This document shows positions 1-13,030 of a stretch of DNA of 64,000 nt, in pieces. Positions within the stretch are counted from its first letter, which is position 1; each line of letters opens with the position of its first letter. Position numbers and translations under genes: made by a program. Below the pieces are notes generated by a model, which made no database searches, was not told the origin of the DNA, and saw nothing but the letters and a program-made list of their open reading frames with translations. Origin of the DNA: Heterodontus francisci (lineage: Eukaryota); NCBI RefSeq assembly GCF_036365525.1, contig NC_090380.1:96247942-96311941 (forward strand), given 5' to 3'.

Positions 1-1239
1 TCATAATTTAATCCTTTAAACCTTGGCTATCATTCTGATAAATTTGCACCTCCTCCATGGCCTCCTTTCTGAGGGTTGATGCCTACCAATGAGCAGAGTA
101 GTGTGGATGAGGTCTGACCAATGTCTGTTATATTAATTCCTCACTTATGAATTTCAGCCCTCTTGAGCCAAAGGCTAGCATTCCATTTTGATTACCTTCT
201 TTCATTAATTTTCATAGCTTTAATTATAGTTTCTAACTAGATCTGAGTGAAAACCTCTTGCTGTAACAAACCACTTGTTCTATGACTCAATTATTTAAAT
301 ATATCTGATGAATAGTACCTTTTTAACTTCTAGGTTCAGTAAGAAAGTAGCTGCTGAGCTACATCAAAAGATGTTTTGTAGGGATCCTCTGTGACCCAAA
401 TTGCTCGATTTGGAGTTGTGAATTTCTGTAACCATTAGTTTCTTGATAATCAGGCTGTTGGAGCTGCAGTGGATGAATTAACTGCTATTGGCTGAGGTAC
501 CAGGTTCACCTACATTCAGAAGATGACTATTCCATTTTTCCAGCAGGAAAAAGAATAAATTCAACAGGAATAAGAATAAATAACTGGTTGCACAGCAAAG
601 GTTTTGCACCTTTGGATTCCTCACAGTGTAGAATGACATAGAGTGCACCCATGTAGAGATATAGGGCTGTCAGTCATTCTGATGACATCCATCAACTTCC
701 ATTCCATCAACATGCTGGCTGTCAGTGATGGCCAGAAAAGAATCATCTGGTTGACTGTCAAGTACCTGAAGATTGACACAAGTCTCACTCATCCTGAGAT
801 AATCATGCATTCCTAGTTATTTTTGGAGGACAAATAGTTACAGGATTCTTTTGGGGGGGAAGCACTGTTCCCCAGAGAAGCATGACTGATGACAGTAATA
901 AGCATCAGTTAAATACCTGTACAGCTATATATACTGAAGCACATAAATCTGTTGCCTCCATTGTACAGGAAGTAATTATTCTACTCAAGCAGAGATCTAG
1001 GCATTTGGATAATTTTGAAGGTGGCCAAAGTTACTAATGTTTGAGGTTTGTAACTCACGGGCAATGGAGCAAGAGAAGCTCCTGGGAGATGGAGGAGGAA
1101 AATGGCAAGAGAATTGACCTTACTGATCGTCATTTCAACTGAAGATATCTATTCTATCAATGCACCAGGCATCAACCATGCTGGCTGAATACATTACTTT
1201 TGATCTGTACTAGAGCTTCAGGGCATGAAGGATTAAAGA

Positions 1240-1895
1240 GTTGTATATCCAAGTTTGCAGGCAACACTAAGTTTGGAGGTAAAGAGGTATAGTAACTTGT
1301 GTAGACGGGTTACAAAGGGATGTAGACAGATTAAATGAATTAGCAATGTGATGGAGTTCAATGAGAAGAAATGTGAGGTCATCAATTTTGGATCCAAGAA
1401 AGGAGGGAGTACAATGCAGATTCACCAGAATGATAACAGGACTTAAAGGTTAAATTATGAGGATCATTTGCATCAACTTGATTTACATTGCCTTGAGTTT
1501 AGAAGGTTGAGGGGTGACGTATTTAAGGTTTCTAAAATGATAAAGGAATCTGATAGGGTAGATACAAAGATTATTTCCTCTGGTGGGGAAATGCAGAACA
1601 AGATGACATAATCTTAAAACTAGAGCTAAGTCATTTAGGAGTTAAATCAGGAAGCACTTTTTAGCGCAAAAGATAGTGGAAATCTTGAACTTGGGCCCCA
1701 ACCTCTGAAAAGATGGTGAATGTTTCATCAATTTAAATCTTCAAGTCTGAGTGTGTTAGATTTTTGTTAGGTCAGTGTAATAAGTGGTAGGGAGCAAAGA
1801 TGGGTAAATGGAGTTGAGGTACAGATCTGCCATGATCTAATAGAATTATGGAACAGACACAAGGGGCTGAATGGCTTACTCATGTTCCTATGTGC
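1240..1895 (+). mobile_element. Degraded CR1-type LINE 3' fragment
   Basis: Frameshifted RT remnants (aagtttgcagg..actaag = KFA..TK; gagttcaatgagaagaaatgtgaggtc = EFN..KCEV) and CR1 3' tail (ggggctgaatggcttactcatgttcc). Confidence 0.7.
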
Positions 1896-3334
1896 ACACT
1901 GTTGGAACACTGAACACAGTATATAAGTGTACATTACTGTGGTACACATCACACATCACAGTACTACACTAGCACAGTACTGCACTAACATTCAACACAG
2001 TACTATATGATCACAACATTGCACAAATGTATTACGCCAGCCTGCTTGCAGTTCCAGACCACAGCATTAAACCAGCATGCTAGTACATGTTACATAGTGT
2101 TGTACCAGTACATCAGGCTGTACCACAGCACTGAATTATTATAATGTACCCTTGAAAACTGTTATCCTATTTAAGAGTCTAAAGCTATGTTACATGCCCA
2201 TTTAATGTGAAGGATTTATGTGCACAACAACACAGCATTCATTTAAACATAATTCATATAATGCTTTTTGAATATATATAGTCAAATGTGGCATGAGGTC
2301 CCATGTGTGCCCACCACAGAAAGACGGAATACCTTTTAGTAACCTATAAACAGAGACAGTGGCATCTATCCAGACACATTTTGTTATCTGCAGAATAGCT
2401 ACACAATCATTCAAAGGAGTGAGCACAAATAAACATTAATCTAGATTGTCCTGACACTGGTCGGACAAGCAGGCTTTGCTCACAATATATCAGTAGAATT
2501 CCTTGTTGTTTGCTACCAGGTTAGAGGTCAGAGATGTCAGTTTAACATTAGTGGACCATGTTATAGGTGGACTGTGGATTCTACTGGGAGACAAACCAAC
2601 ATGGCCATTGTGTTGTGGGAGAATTGAGGCTTTTCCTTTTAAATTCAGGATGACATCCATTTCTACTGAAACTCACTCTGTGTAAATTCGAAGAACTACC
2701 CAGTCTCATGAGTGACAATCATCACTTTCAGATCCACTGACTGATGTGGGAAAAAATTTCTAAACAGCTGTTTATTGATGGCTCCTTTACTATAGAAAGG
2801 CACATGCACAGTTATCTTTATCTGAACTGAAGTTATACGACTTAATGCTTTGAAATTCAAACCAACAGAGAGTAATTCAAGAGCAAAATATTAACAGAGA
2901 TGTCCTCTGGATACTGAGACTGGGTAGTTGTCAAAAGGTTCTTCATCGTACATGGTTCTTGCATGGCTGATGGGCATTAAGGTATTAAAACTCTGGCAAG
3001 ACATAGAAGGACAACCAACACCTGAAGGAGAGCTCGGTTAGTGTTTTGGGTGGGGCCCTTCATTAGAACTTCAATTGAAACATTAACCTGCCAAGTTGTT
3101 TCAGACACTGTTCATTTCCAGAATTTCCTGTTTTCATTTCATGTTTCTTTGTTATATTTATACTTAAAATGCATCTGGGTCAGCAATGTCTTTAGATGAC
3201 ATCTTCTTTGGGGCTTTGGAAATCTAATGCACAGTTTTTGTGTTCATTACTCTTAGATAATTATATGTTTTGGGTAGAAGCACTTGTACTTCTTTGGTGA
3301 TTAAGCTGACGGTGTGCAGTTTAAAAAAATTTTT

Positions 3335-4372
3335 TATTCATTCATGGGATGTGGGCGTCGCTGGCCAGGCCAGCATTTATTGCACATCCCTAATTGCCCT
3401 TGAGAAGTTGGTGGTGAGCTGCCTTCTTGAACCGCTGCAGTCCATGTTGGGTAGGTACACCCACAGTGCTGTTAGGAAGGGAGTTCCAGGATTTTGAACC
3501 GGCAACAGTGAGGGAACAGCGATATAGTTCCAAGTCAGGATGGTGTGTGACTTGGAGGGGAACTTGCAGGTGGTGGTGTTCCCATGCATTTGCTGCGCTT
3601 GCTCTTCTAGTTGGTAGAGGTCGCGGGTTTGGAAGGTGCTGTCTAAGGAGCCTTGGTGCATTGCTGCAATGCATCTTGTAGATGGTACACACTGCTGCCA
3701 CTGTGCGTTGGTGGTGGAGGGAGTGAATGTTTGTAGATGGGGTGCCAATCAAACGGGCTGCTTTGTCCTGGATAGTGTCGAGCTTCTTGAGTGTTGTTGG
3801 AGCTGCACCCATCCAGACAAGTGGAGAGTATTCCATCACACTCCTGTATTGCGCCTTGTAGATGGTGGACAGGCTTTGGGAAGTCAGGAGGTGAGTTACT
3901 CGCCTCAGGATTCCTAGCCTCTGACCTGCTCTTGTAGCCACGGTATTTATATGGCTACTCCAGTTCAGTTTCTGGTCAATGATAGCCCCTAGGATGTTGA
4001 TAGTGAGGGATTCAGCGATGGTAATGCTGTTGAATGTCAAGGGGAGATGGTTAGATTCTCTCTTGTTGGAGATGGTCATTGCCTGGCACTTGTGTGGCGC
4101 GAATGTTACTTGCCATTTATCAGCCCAAGCCTGGATATTGTCCGGGTCTTGCTGCATTTCTACACAGACTGCTTCAGTATCTGAGGAGTGGCGAATGGTG
4201 CTGAACATTGTGCAATCATCAGCCAACATCTCCACTTCTGACCTTATGATTGAAGGAAGATCATTGATGAAGCAGCTGAAGATGGTTGGGCCTAGGACAC
4301 TACCCTGAGGAACTCCTGCAGTGATGTCCTGGAGCTCAGATGATTGACCTCCAACAACCACAACCATCTTCC
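3335..4372 (-). mobile_element. 5'-truncated CR1/L2-group LINE with a 325-aa C-terminal RT ORF (3390-4367)
   Basis: [14 protein letters not shown] and WQVTFAPHKC motifs; 3' tail ..gggcaattagggatg..aataaatgctggcc..cccatgaatgaa. Confidence 0.9.
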
Positions 4373-5781
4373 TTCAGTCAGTGTATGTGAGAATATGACA
4401 TAAGAATAATTTATTATCATGTATAATGTTTTGGGGTTTGAAGTTCTATGGCAAGGTCATTGATTCAAAGAAATTATAACACAGAAGGAGACCACTGAAG
4501 ATGGCTGCTTTGTCCATCATGTCTATGATGATGTTTGCACTTCAACTGGAGATATAAATTGTAATCCTGCTCTTTTCCCTGCACGTTTTGTTTTAATATT
4601 ATCCCTTTTTGAATAGTTATCCAATTATCTTTTTAATAGTTTTATAGTCTCTACCTCAATAGCCAAGTGTGATGAAGCAGTTAAGATTTAACTAACTCTC
4701 TTTATTAGATCAATTCTTCTAATTTCTCTTTCCTTCTTCTAGTTATAAGCAAGAGTCCAAGCCCTTCTTCTTACCTACTTGCCAACCAGTGGAAATAACT
4801 GTTCCCTATTCAGCCTTTTGAAACCTGTCATAATTTTTAAAGTTACTGTTATAGTGCACATAATCTTCTCTGTTCCAGTGAAAAGGCCCCAATTTTTTAG
4901 ACTTTGCTTGAGGTATTTGGATTTTTGTAACATTTTACTCTTTTTTTTAATTCCTCCCACATTATTCTTTTCAAATCAAAAGCTGACCAATTCTACCAGG
5001 CACTGAGTGATTCGGGGACAGATATATCAAGGAAGTAAAACTTCACTACAGAATTAGTGATGAAGTTACAAATAATGTGCTCATGAATGATATGTAAATA
5101 AGAGGAATCAGCACTGAAGCTGATATTTTGGCCTAATTCAACAAACTTGCTCATGGTCACACCTGTAAACAGCCCTCTGCAATAGTAGATCTTTGTTCAG
5201 TGGAAAATAACTGGCAACAAGTGATTGTACCAGGTGGATATACTGAAAGACTTAAAATAAGTCAGACTTTCCAACCTGTCTAGTGCTTTGATGGTCTAAA
5301 GAGGTTCTCCTTACTTGTGTGTCAGGACGTGAACCTTGATGGTTCCTTAGCAGGCTTGTGAAAAGGTATCTGTGCAATTATTTTGGTCTTATGCAGAATA
5401 ACTGAGATGGTAGGAGATGAGCGATTTATTGAGAGGGGAATTGTGCTCTCTTCTTTCTAGGAGAAATGCATGGATGTGTTTTCTTAAGTAGTGTAATAAA
5501 GGGAGAGATGAGTCCTTAATGAGGCAAATGACCTCTGCTCATTCCAAGTTTTCTTATGCAGTGTAATGATTTCCACTTAACTTTACGATGTTAAGGGGAG
5601 GAGAGATGCATCCAAGTTTCCTCATGGCACAGGACGGCTCTCCTCACTCAATATTTTTTCTGTATAGCTTCAGGCTTTTGAATTGTTCCAGTTCCAAGGT
5701 CTAAATCTGAGTCCAAGTTCAAACTTGAAACCTGAAAAAAATTCAAACCCAGTAGTTCACACAATATCTATATTTGTACTA

Positions 5782-5930
5782 AAAGCAAGGAATGCTGGAA
5801 ATACTCAGCAGGTCTGGCAGCATCTGTGGAGAGAGAAGCAGAGTTAACGTTTCAGGTCAGTGACCCTTCATCAGAACTGGCAAATATTAGAAATGTAAAA
5901 GGTTTTAAGCAAGTAAAGCAAGGTGGGGCA
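5782..5930 (-). repeat. Penelope-type terminal repeat carrying a minimal hammerhead ribozyme motif
   Basis: Same repeat recurs at about 14590-14700, 22495-22565 and 27170-27395; hammerhead core at 5842-5878. Confidence 0.65.
5842..5878 (-). ncRNA. Minimal type I hammerhead ribozyme motif
   Basis: Minus strand reads AGTT-CTGATGA-AGGGTC-ACT-GACCT-GAAA-CG-TT-AACT: CUGAUGA/GAAA core, stem I AGTT/AACT, stem II GGTC/GACC, loopless palindromic stem III. Confidence 0.65.
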
Positions 5931-6643
5931 AGAGATATTTGTGCAGAGTATATTTGTACTGTTGACTTATATTTAAAAACATGATTTAAATATATTTTTC
6001 CCACAAGTTTATCTGAGAATTTCTTGTTAAAAAAACTCATCTATCATGCAGAGTAGAACATAGTAGATGACCTGACTGCATTGTTGGTTCAGCCTTAGAA
6101 TAGTTGTGTGACAGGATAAAGAGGAGGACAATTGTTGAAAAGGACAGGAGGAACAATTGTAAAAGTTGAAAAACAGAATAAAGTGAAACATATAAAATAC
6201 ACATTAATATGTATTTACATATGATTGCCCTGAACTTCCAACAGATGCCAACTTGACAGTTGTGCTGGATCGTGCCCACTGGTGCCCTCTAATATAAATA
6301 TCCCTGCCAGATTTTGCAGGGTCAATGGGAGGGCACGTCATTTTTATTGGGCAAGCAGGCACAGGCGCCATTTTGGTGTCCACCTGCCCAAATGCCTGGA
6401 AACTAAGATGAAATCTCCTGTAATGTTGGGGATTTACTTGCCCTCTGCCAAACTCTGCCTCTGTTATGATTGGCCTCCAAGCAAAGGGGCTAGTGGAGAT
6501 TTTAAAAACTTGTTCTCTTTCGCTGTCCAGGCTGCTTTCCAGGCCTAGTCAGGGCCCTTGTGGTGTGCATGACCCTTTAGAAGTAGGTATTTCTCACCTT
6601 TTCAGCATACCAGTTGCAACTGATTATGCTGGGACCCATCCAG

Positions 6644-6962
6644 TAGAGCATGGCTACCCGACCCGAACCCGACAGGACCCAATGACATGTGTCGGGTTCG
6701 AGTCGGGTCGCTCTTCTGGGTCCGGCATTTGGGCTCGGGCCGGGTCGGACACAGAGACAGCCAGGATGTCAAGGCAGGAAACACTCCGCACTAGTCTGCA
6801 GTGAGCGATTCCATCCAAGGTAAGGCACAACCTCTCCAATAAAGTTGATTATATTCCAGTGGTCAGGTCGGGTCGGGAAAAAATGAAAGGACTCAGTCTG
6901 GGTCGGTTGTGGTTCGGTTGGGTTTTGGCCGGATTTCATTTGCAGACCCGAGCAGGACTTTA
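6644..6962. mobile_element. hAT-type MITE (non-autonomous DNA transposon)
   Basis: TAGAG..CTTTA ends, repeated ACCCGA/TCGGGT subterminal motifs, 8-bp flanking duplication CCATCCAG/CCATTCAG (7/8). Confidence 0.7.
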
Positions 6963-7507
6963 CCATTCAGGGCCAGGAACAGGTTGTCTTGATTTGCAAA
7001 ATCCCAATCCCTTACCCTGCTTGGAGACCATAATTTTTCTTGTAAGGGGATGATGGATGTTTCACCCCTCACAAATCAAATTGGAAACTAGCAGAAACAG
7101 TGGAGATCCAATGTAACAAGTCCTCCCCCATTTCTTTATTCATTATGCCAGTTGAGTACATGTGGTATGAATATCTATTATGTATTAAATTCAAGAATGT
7201 GGGCTTTACCTTTCCATGAACATTTATTCTCAGTATCTCCAGTATGTGGTACTCCTATAGGTGATGCAGTGTATTTTCAGTGTTAAAGGTGTCAGGCTTC
7301 CTTGCCACATCCAATTACACATAAGATATCTGCTGCTTTTATTGAAAGTATAACCCCACGCTGCTTTCGGCATATCTCTTTGATCCATTGTTTTTCCCTC
7401 AGTTCACTGAAATTTCTAATTTCCGGAATAAGGGCTTAAAAGAAATTTTTTAAAAATCCAAAAGTTATATATTTCACAATAATACGATTAAATTTATCTG
7501 TTAAGAT

Positions 7508-8829
7508 TGTTCCTACCGAGACCGGAGGAGTGCACTGTTTTTCTAGTTCCACTTCTCCACAGGTCACAACATATATATAAATTTTTTCCAAGTTTCTGAT
7601 AAGGTCAATCATAAACTCTAGTTTAATCCCAGAATAAAATACACCAACCAGGTTTCTTTAACAAACAACAAAATTATCAGTTTATTATAAAACAAGACTT
7701 AACCAGTAACGAAACAAAGCATGAACACACAGATTGAAATATAAAAGTTCCCTTTGTACCTTAGCCCCTCATACACACACACACCAGTTAACTGAAAAAA
7801 TAAAAAGATTTACTCTTTAGGGCTCTGTTACAAAAAAAAAGACAAGAAGAATGCTTTGGCCAAATACTTCCTCATTCTTGAAGAAAAAAGAGAAGATATG
7901 GAAAGATGCCAGATGTCCTTTTTTCCGGTTTGGGGTCCTAAATACGCGTAGACAGCTGTCTCTGGGATCTTCCTGGAACAGTTCTTTTTGGGTGATGTTA
8001 AAGATCAGTTTGGGCAGGCTTTCCAGGAGGAATGCAGCAACAGGGGTTTCAGGCAGACCTTGCAGAAGGAATGCAGCCTCAATTTCTCTGTTTCTTATAC
8101 TCGCTTCTAAGAACTTCTCAAAGATATGAAAAATTGGCAGGCTTTTCAAAGAGCTAGAAAAGGTTGAGTTGGGGTTTGTCCTTGGCAGGTTGAATCTTTT
8201 ACTCCTTTTCAGAACACTGTCCATACCCCAACTGCCTGTCCAAAGTGAAACCAAAAACATCTCACGAGTCAAGTCTCCTGACCCCTATAAATCTTGATCT
8301 GTCACTTCTCTGTAAACATCTTCCCCAAGTCAAAAAGCCTCCCCTGCTGGCTATTTATAGAGTCATAGAGTTATGCAGCACAGAAACAGGCCCTTTAGCC
8401 CACTGTGTCCACGCCGGCCATCAAAACTATCTGTTCTAATCCCATTTTCCAGCATTTGGCCTGTAGCCTTGTATGATGTAGACCAGACCAGTTAAGGATG
8501 GCAGATTTCCTTCCCTAAAGGACATTAGTAAACCAGATGGGTTTTTACAGCAATTGACAATGGTTTCATGGTCATCATTAGACTAGCTTTTAATTCCAGT
8601 TTTTTTTTAATTAATTGAATTAACATTTCACCATCTTCAATGGTGGGATTCGAACCCATGTCCTCAGCATTAGCCTGGGCCTTTGGATTACTCATCCAGT
8701 GAAATTACCACTACACCACTGCCTCCCCAACTATCTGAAAACAGATGTCTTGCAGTACCTGAATCTTTTATTCAGTTTTAAAACACAAATTCTCATAATT
8801 TAACAAAAAAAATGGAAGCACTCATAACA
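7508..8829 (-). mobile_element. Solo LTR (TG..CA) with nested CR1 tail (~8358-8480) and SINE (~8480-8728)
   Basis: tgttcctacc..ctcataaca ends; flanks AGAT/AAAT; homologous to the 20549 and 50251 elements. Confidence 0.65.
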
Positions 8830-8919
8830 AAATATATTTTGTGCATTTTCAGCATCTGCATTATTTTGTTTTTGTAACAAACTTGTGGCATAGGGAGTAA
8901 GTGTGGCAGCAGAAAGTTG

Positions 8920-10845
8920 TTTTTTTATTCGTTCCTGGGGTGGGCTTCGCTGGCTAGGCCAGCATTTATTGCCCATCCCTAATTGCCCTTGAGAAGGTGG
9001 TAGTGAGCCACCTTCTTGAACCGCTGCAGTCCATGTGGTATAGGTACACCCACAGTGCTGTTAGGAAGGGAGTTCCAGCATTTTGACCCAGCAGCAGTGA
9101 AGGAATGACGATATAGTCAGGATGGTGTGTGGTTTGGAGAGGAATTTGCAGGTGGTGTTGTTCCCATGCATCTGCTGCTCTTGTCCTTCTAGGTGATAGA
9201 GGTCACAAATTTGTAAGGTGCTGTCTAAGGAGCCTTGGTGCATTGCTGCAATGCATCTTGTGGTACACACTGCTGCCACTGTGCGTTGTTGGTGGAGGGA
9301 GTGAATGTTTGTGGATGGGATGCCAGTCAAGTGAGCTGCATTGTCCTGGATGGTGTCAAGCTACTTGAGTGTTGTTGGAGCTGCACCCATCCAGACAAGT
9401 GGAGAGTATTCCATCACACCCATGACTTGTGCCTTGTAGATAGTGGATAGGCTTTGGGGAGTCAGGAGGTGAGTTACTCGCCTCAGGATTCCTAGCCTCT
9501 GACCTGCTCTTGTAGCCAAGGTATTTATATGGCTACTCCAGTTCAGTTTCTGGTCAATGGTAACCCCTAGGATATTGATAGTGGGAGATTCAGCAATCGT
9601 AATGTCATTAAATGTCAAGGGAAGATGGTTAAATTCTCTCTTGTTGGAGATGGTCATTGCCTGGCACTTGTGTAGCACGAATGTTACTTGCCACTTATCA
9701 GCGCAAGCCTGGATATTGTCCAGGTTTTGCTGCATTTCTACACAGACTGCTTCAGTATCTGAGGAGTTTCGAATGGTGCTGAACATTGTGCAATCATCAG
9801 CGAACATCCCCACTTCTGACCTTATGATGGAGGGAAGGTCATTGATGAAGCAGATGAAAATGGTTGGGCCTAAGAACTAAGCCCTGAGGAACTCTTGCAA
9901 TGATGTCCTGGAGATGAGATGGTTGACCTCCAACAACCACAACCATCTTCCTTTGCACTATGTACGACTCCAACCAGCATAGGATTTTCCCCCGATTCTC
10001 ATTGACTCCATTTTTGCTAGGGCTCCTTGATGCCATACTTGATGTCAAGGGCAGTCACTCTCATCTCACCTCTTGAGTTCAGCTCTTTTATCCATGTTTG
10101 AACCAAGGCTGTAATGAGGTCAGGAGCTGAGAGGCCCTGGCGGAACCAAAACTGAGCGTCACTGAGCAGATTATTGCTAAGCAAGTGCCGCTTGATAGCA
10201 CTGCCGACGGCACCTTCCATCACTTTACTGATGATTGAGAGTAGACTGACAGGGTGGTAATTGGCTGGGTTGGATTTGTCCTGCTTTTTGGGTACAGGAC
10301 AGACCTGGGCAATGTTCCACATTGTCAGGTAGATGCCAGTGTTGTAGCTGTACTGGAACAGCTTGGTTAGGGGCTTGGCTCGTTCTGGGCACAGGTCTTC
10401 AGTACTATTGCCGGAGTGTTGTCAGGGTCTATAGCCTTTGCAGTATCCAGTGCCTTCAGTCGTTTCTTGATATCACGCGGAGTGAATCGAATTGGCTGAA
10501 GACTGGCATCTGTGATACTGGGGACTTCAGGAGGAGGCCGAGATGGATCATCCACTCAGCACTTCTGGCTGAAGATGGATGCAAATGCTTCAGCCTTATC
10601 TTTTGCACTGATGTGCTGGGCTCTCCCATCATTGAGGATGGGGTTATTTGTGGAGCCACCTCCTCCAGTTAGTTGTTTAATTGTCCACCACCATTCATGA
10701 CTGGATGTGGTAGGACTGCAGAGCTTAGATCTGATCCGTTGGTTGTGGGATCGCTTAGCTCTGTCTATCGCATGCTGCTTACACTGTTTGGCACGCAGGT
10801 AGTCATGTGTTCTAGCTTCACCAGGTTATCACCACATTTTGAGGT
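8920..10845 (-). mobile_element. CR1/L2-group LINE, 5'-truncated and frameshifted (same family as 3335-4372)
   Basis: RT pieces MFADDCTMF, NPANYHPVSLLSIISKVME, ALDIK; same 3' tail as the 3335 copy. Confidence 0.9.
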
Positions 10846-10871
10846 CTGCCTGTGGAATTGCCTACAGTTAC

Positions 10872-12008
10872 TGTCCTGAGAATGTGCTATGTCGAATGAT
10901 GATTTTTTTAATCTACTGGCTGGAAAGATGAATTAAATTTAAAAGGAAATGAAACAGATAAAAGTTGACTCTGCTAACAGATAAGATGGCTACCCCAATT
11001 TGCATCACTATACTCCACATTCCAATGCATTGAGATGGAGACCAAGTGTCTGCCCAGTCCCCTCAAGAACAATGATCTTGGGAATCTGAGTTAACTACCT
11101 ATCCTGCTCCCATTAGCAAGCCATTAAGGCCATCACTTCGACATTAAACTGGTGGAGATGAAACACTCTAATCTAATCACTTGAACAATGGGACCCTGGT
11201 TGTGAGAAGTGAATTCCTAGGCATGGACTGATTAAGTTGCAATACACACCGGTAATCACCATGTTGAATCACTGGGAGATGGTCATGTGACAGGCCCACC
11301 ATCTGTTCGCTTAAGCTTGTGCTTTTTCTGTACCAATGAGACAGGCAGCGAGAGACTGACAAGAGAAGACCCAAGTGGTGTCTCTCCTCCCTCCCTCTCT
11401 CTCCAATCCACTTTGCAAGCTTTGAACTCTGCCTGCTGACTGTAACCACCAAGGCATATCATTTGTGCAGACAAAGACCCCTGGAAGGAAATCATTGGCA
11501 TTGCTGTCTCCAGGAGAACCACCGAATCAGCCATCCACATCTTCAAACTGGAAGCCTCGGGACCATTAAATTCAGCCTGAAGCCAGCCAAGTAATGGGGC
11601 TGGATCTTATTATCCTCCTGACAGCGGGTTTCTTGGCAGGAGCCCCACCTCCTACACAAAATCCAGCCCCACCAACCTCCACAGACTGCACACCCCTTTT
11701 TATTTCTCTGGACTCTAATTCAACCAATCTATCCTTCCCCACTCTGTAATGTGTGTGTGTGTGTGTGTGTGTAAAAGTCGGAGCATGGCTTATTATTTTA
11801 CTTAGATCAGTTTAAGCAAACTTTTTTCTTTGTTAAACTCAAGAAAAGCTGCCCGATTGGTTTTTATTCTGACCATAGCACGTAAATAGTTAAACACTCA
11901 CTGAATTGGCAAGTATATCCACTTTAAAAAAGAAATAAACCTGTTGTGGTCAAGCAAGGAGAGGGAAAAGAGGAGAGCTCTTCAACCCCTCCTCACCTGC
12001 TTGTAACA
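10872..12008 (+). mobile_element. Solo LTR with nested 75-bp TIR element (11596-11670)
   Basis: tgtcctgag..cctcacctgcttgtaaca; homologous to 36698-37735; nested GGGGCTGGAT..ATCCAGCCCC. Confidence 0.65.
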
Positions 12009-12049
12009 GTCACAAGAAAATGAAGTTATTATAAATATATATGCTGCTG

Positions 12050-13030
12050 CTGCTTGTAGCTACTACCACATGTTGTCTGTCATGGTATGTCATGCTCGCC
12101 TATCTTGCGCCATCTTCACACATCCACTGTAGCTCATCTGCAACTGCTTTGTGATGTCCATCATTCAACTATGCCTAGGTCAACCCCTCTTTCTGCTGCC
12201 CTCCACTTTGCCCTTTAGAAGAGCTTTTCAGCTCTGACCAAATAGCTGAAATACTGAAATTTTCTTTTTTGGATGTAACATTTTAAAGTTCTTTTTGCTG
12301 TTGCAGTTTCAAGCACCTCTTCATTTGTCTTATGGTCTGTATAATGAATTTTAAGCCCTTATCTTAGCATCCACATTTCAAAGGCCTCTATTTTCTTCCA
12401 CAGATCTTTACTTATTGTCCAGGTTTCTGAGGCCTACATTAAAGTGGATAGAATGTAGCATCTTATGAATTCTTTCCTTGTTAAAAGCTTGAGCTTTCTT
12501 GTTGTTAACACATCCTTCATCTTCACAAAATTACTTCTGGCTATCATTATCCTTCTTCTGACTTCAGCATCGCATCTACCATCTTCTCTTATCATTTGTC
12601 CTAAATAGATAAACTTATCTACTTGTTCCAGTGTGACACTATCCACTTCAATCTTCACTCTGGTTTCTTCGTATATATTCCTTCTAACTACCATTGTTTT
12701 ATCTTTTTGGCATTCATACGCAATCCATATTCTAAACTTCTAGATTTTACTTGATCTGCGATATTTTGTAGGGCCTCGTCTGTCTGCAAGTAGTGCTGTG
12801 TCGTCAATGTACTGCAAGTTTGTTATGTTCTTATCTCCAATTTTTACACCTGGAAGTACATCTAATTCTCTGAATATTTGTTCTGTGTACAGATTGAATA
12901 ATTTTGGCAACAGTACACAGCCTTGTCGTACTCCTCTCTTCACTTGAAACATATCTGATTGTCCATATTCTAGCCGAATGCTCACTATTTTGTCCCAGTA
13001 TAAGCTCTGGATAAATCTCACATCTTACAT
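12050..13030 (-). mobile_element. Degraded RTE-clade LINE 3' fragment
   Basis: GVRQGCVLLPKLFNLY, NLQYIDDTALL and DKFIYLG motifs in broken ORFs. Confidence 0.8.

Noticed and set aside
3377-4308. Overlapping and antisense ORFs across LINE copies (also at 16787-17556, 30920-31591, 44137-47018)
   Set aside because: Alternative frames of RT coding sequence, not independent genes.
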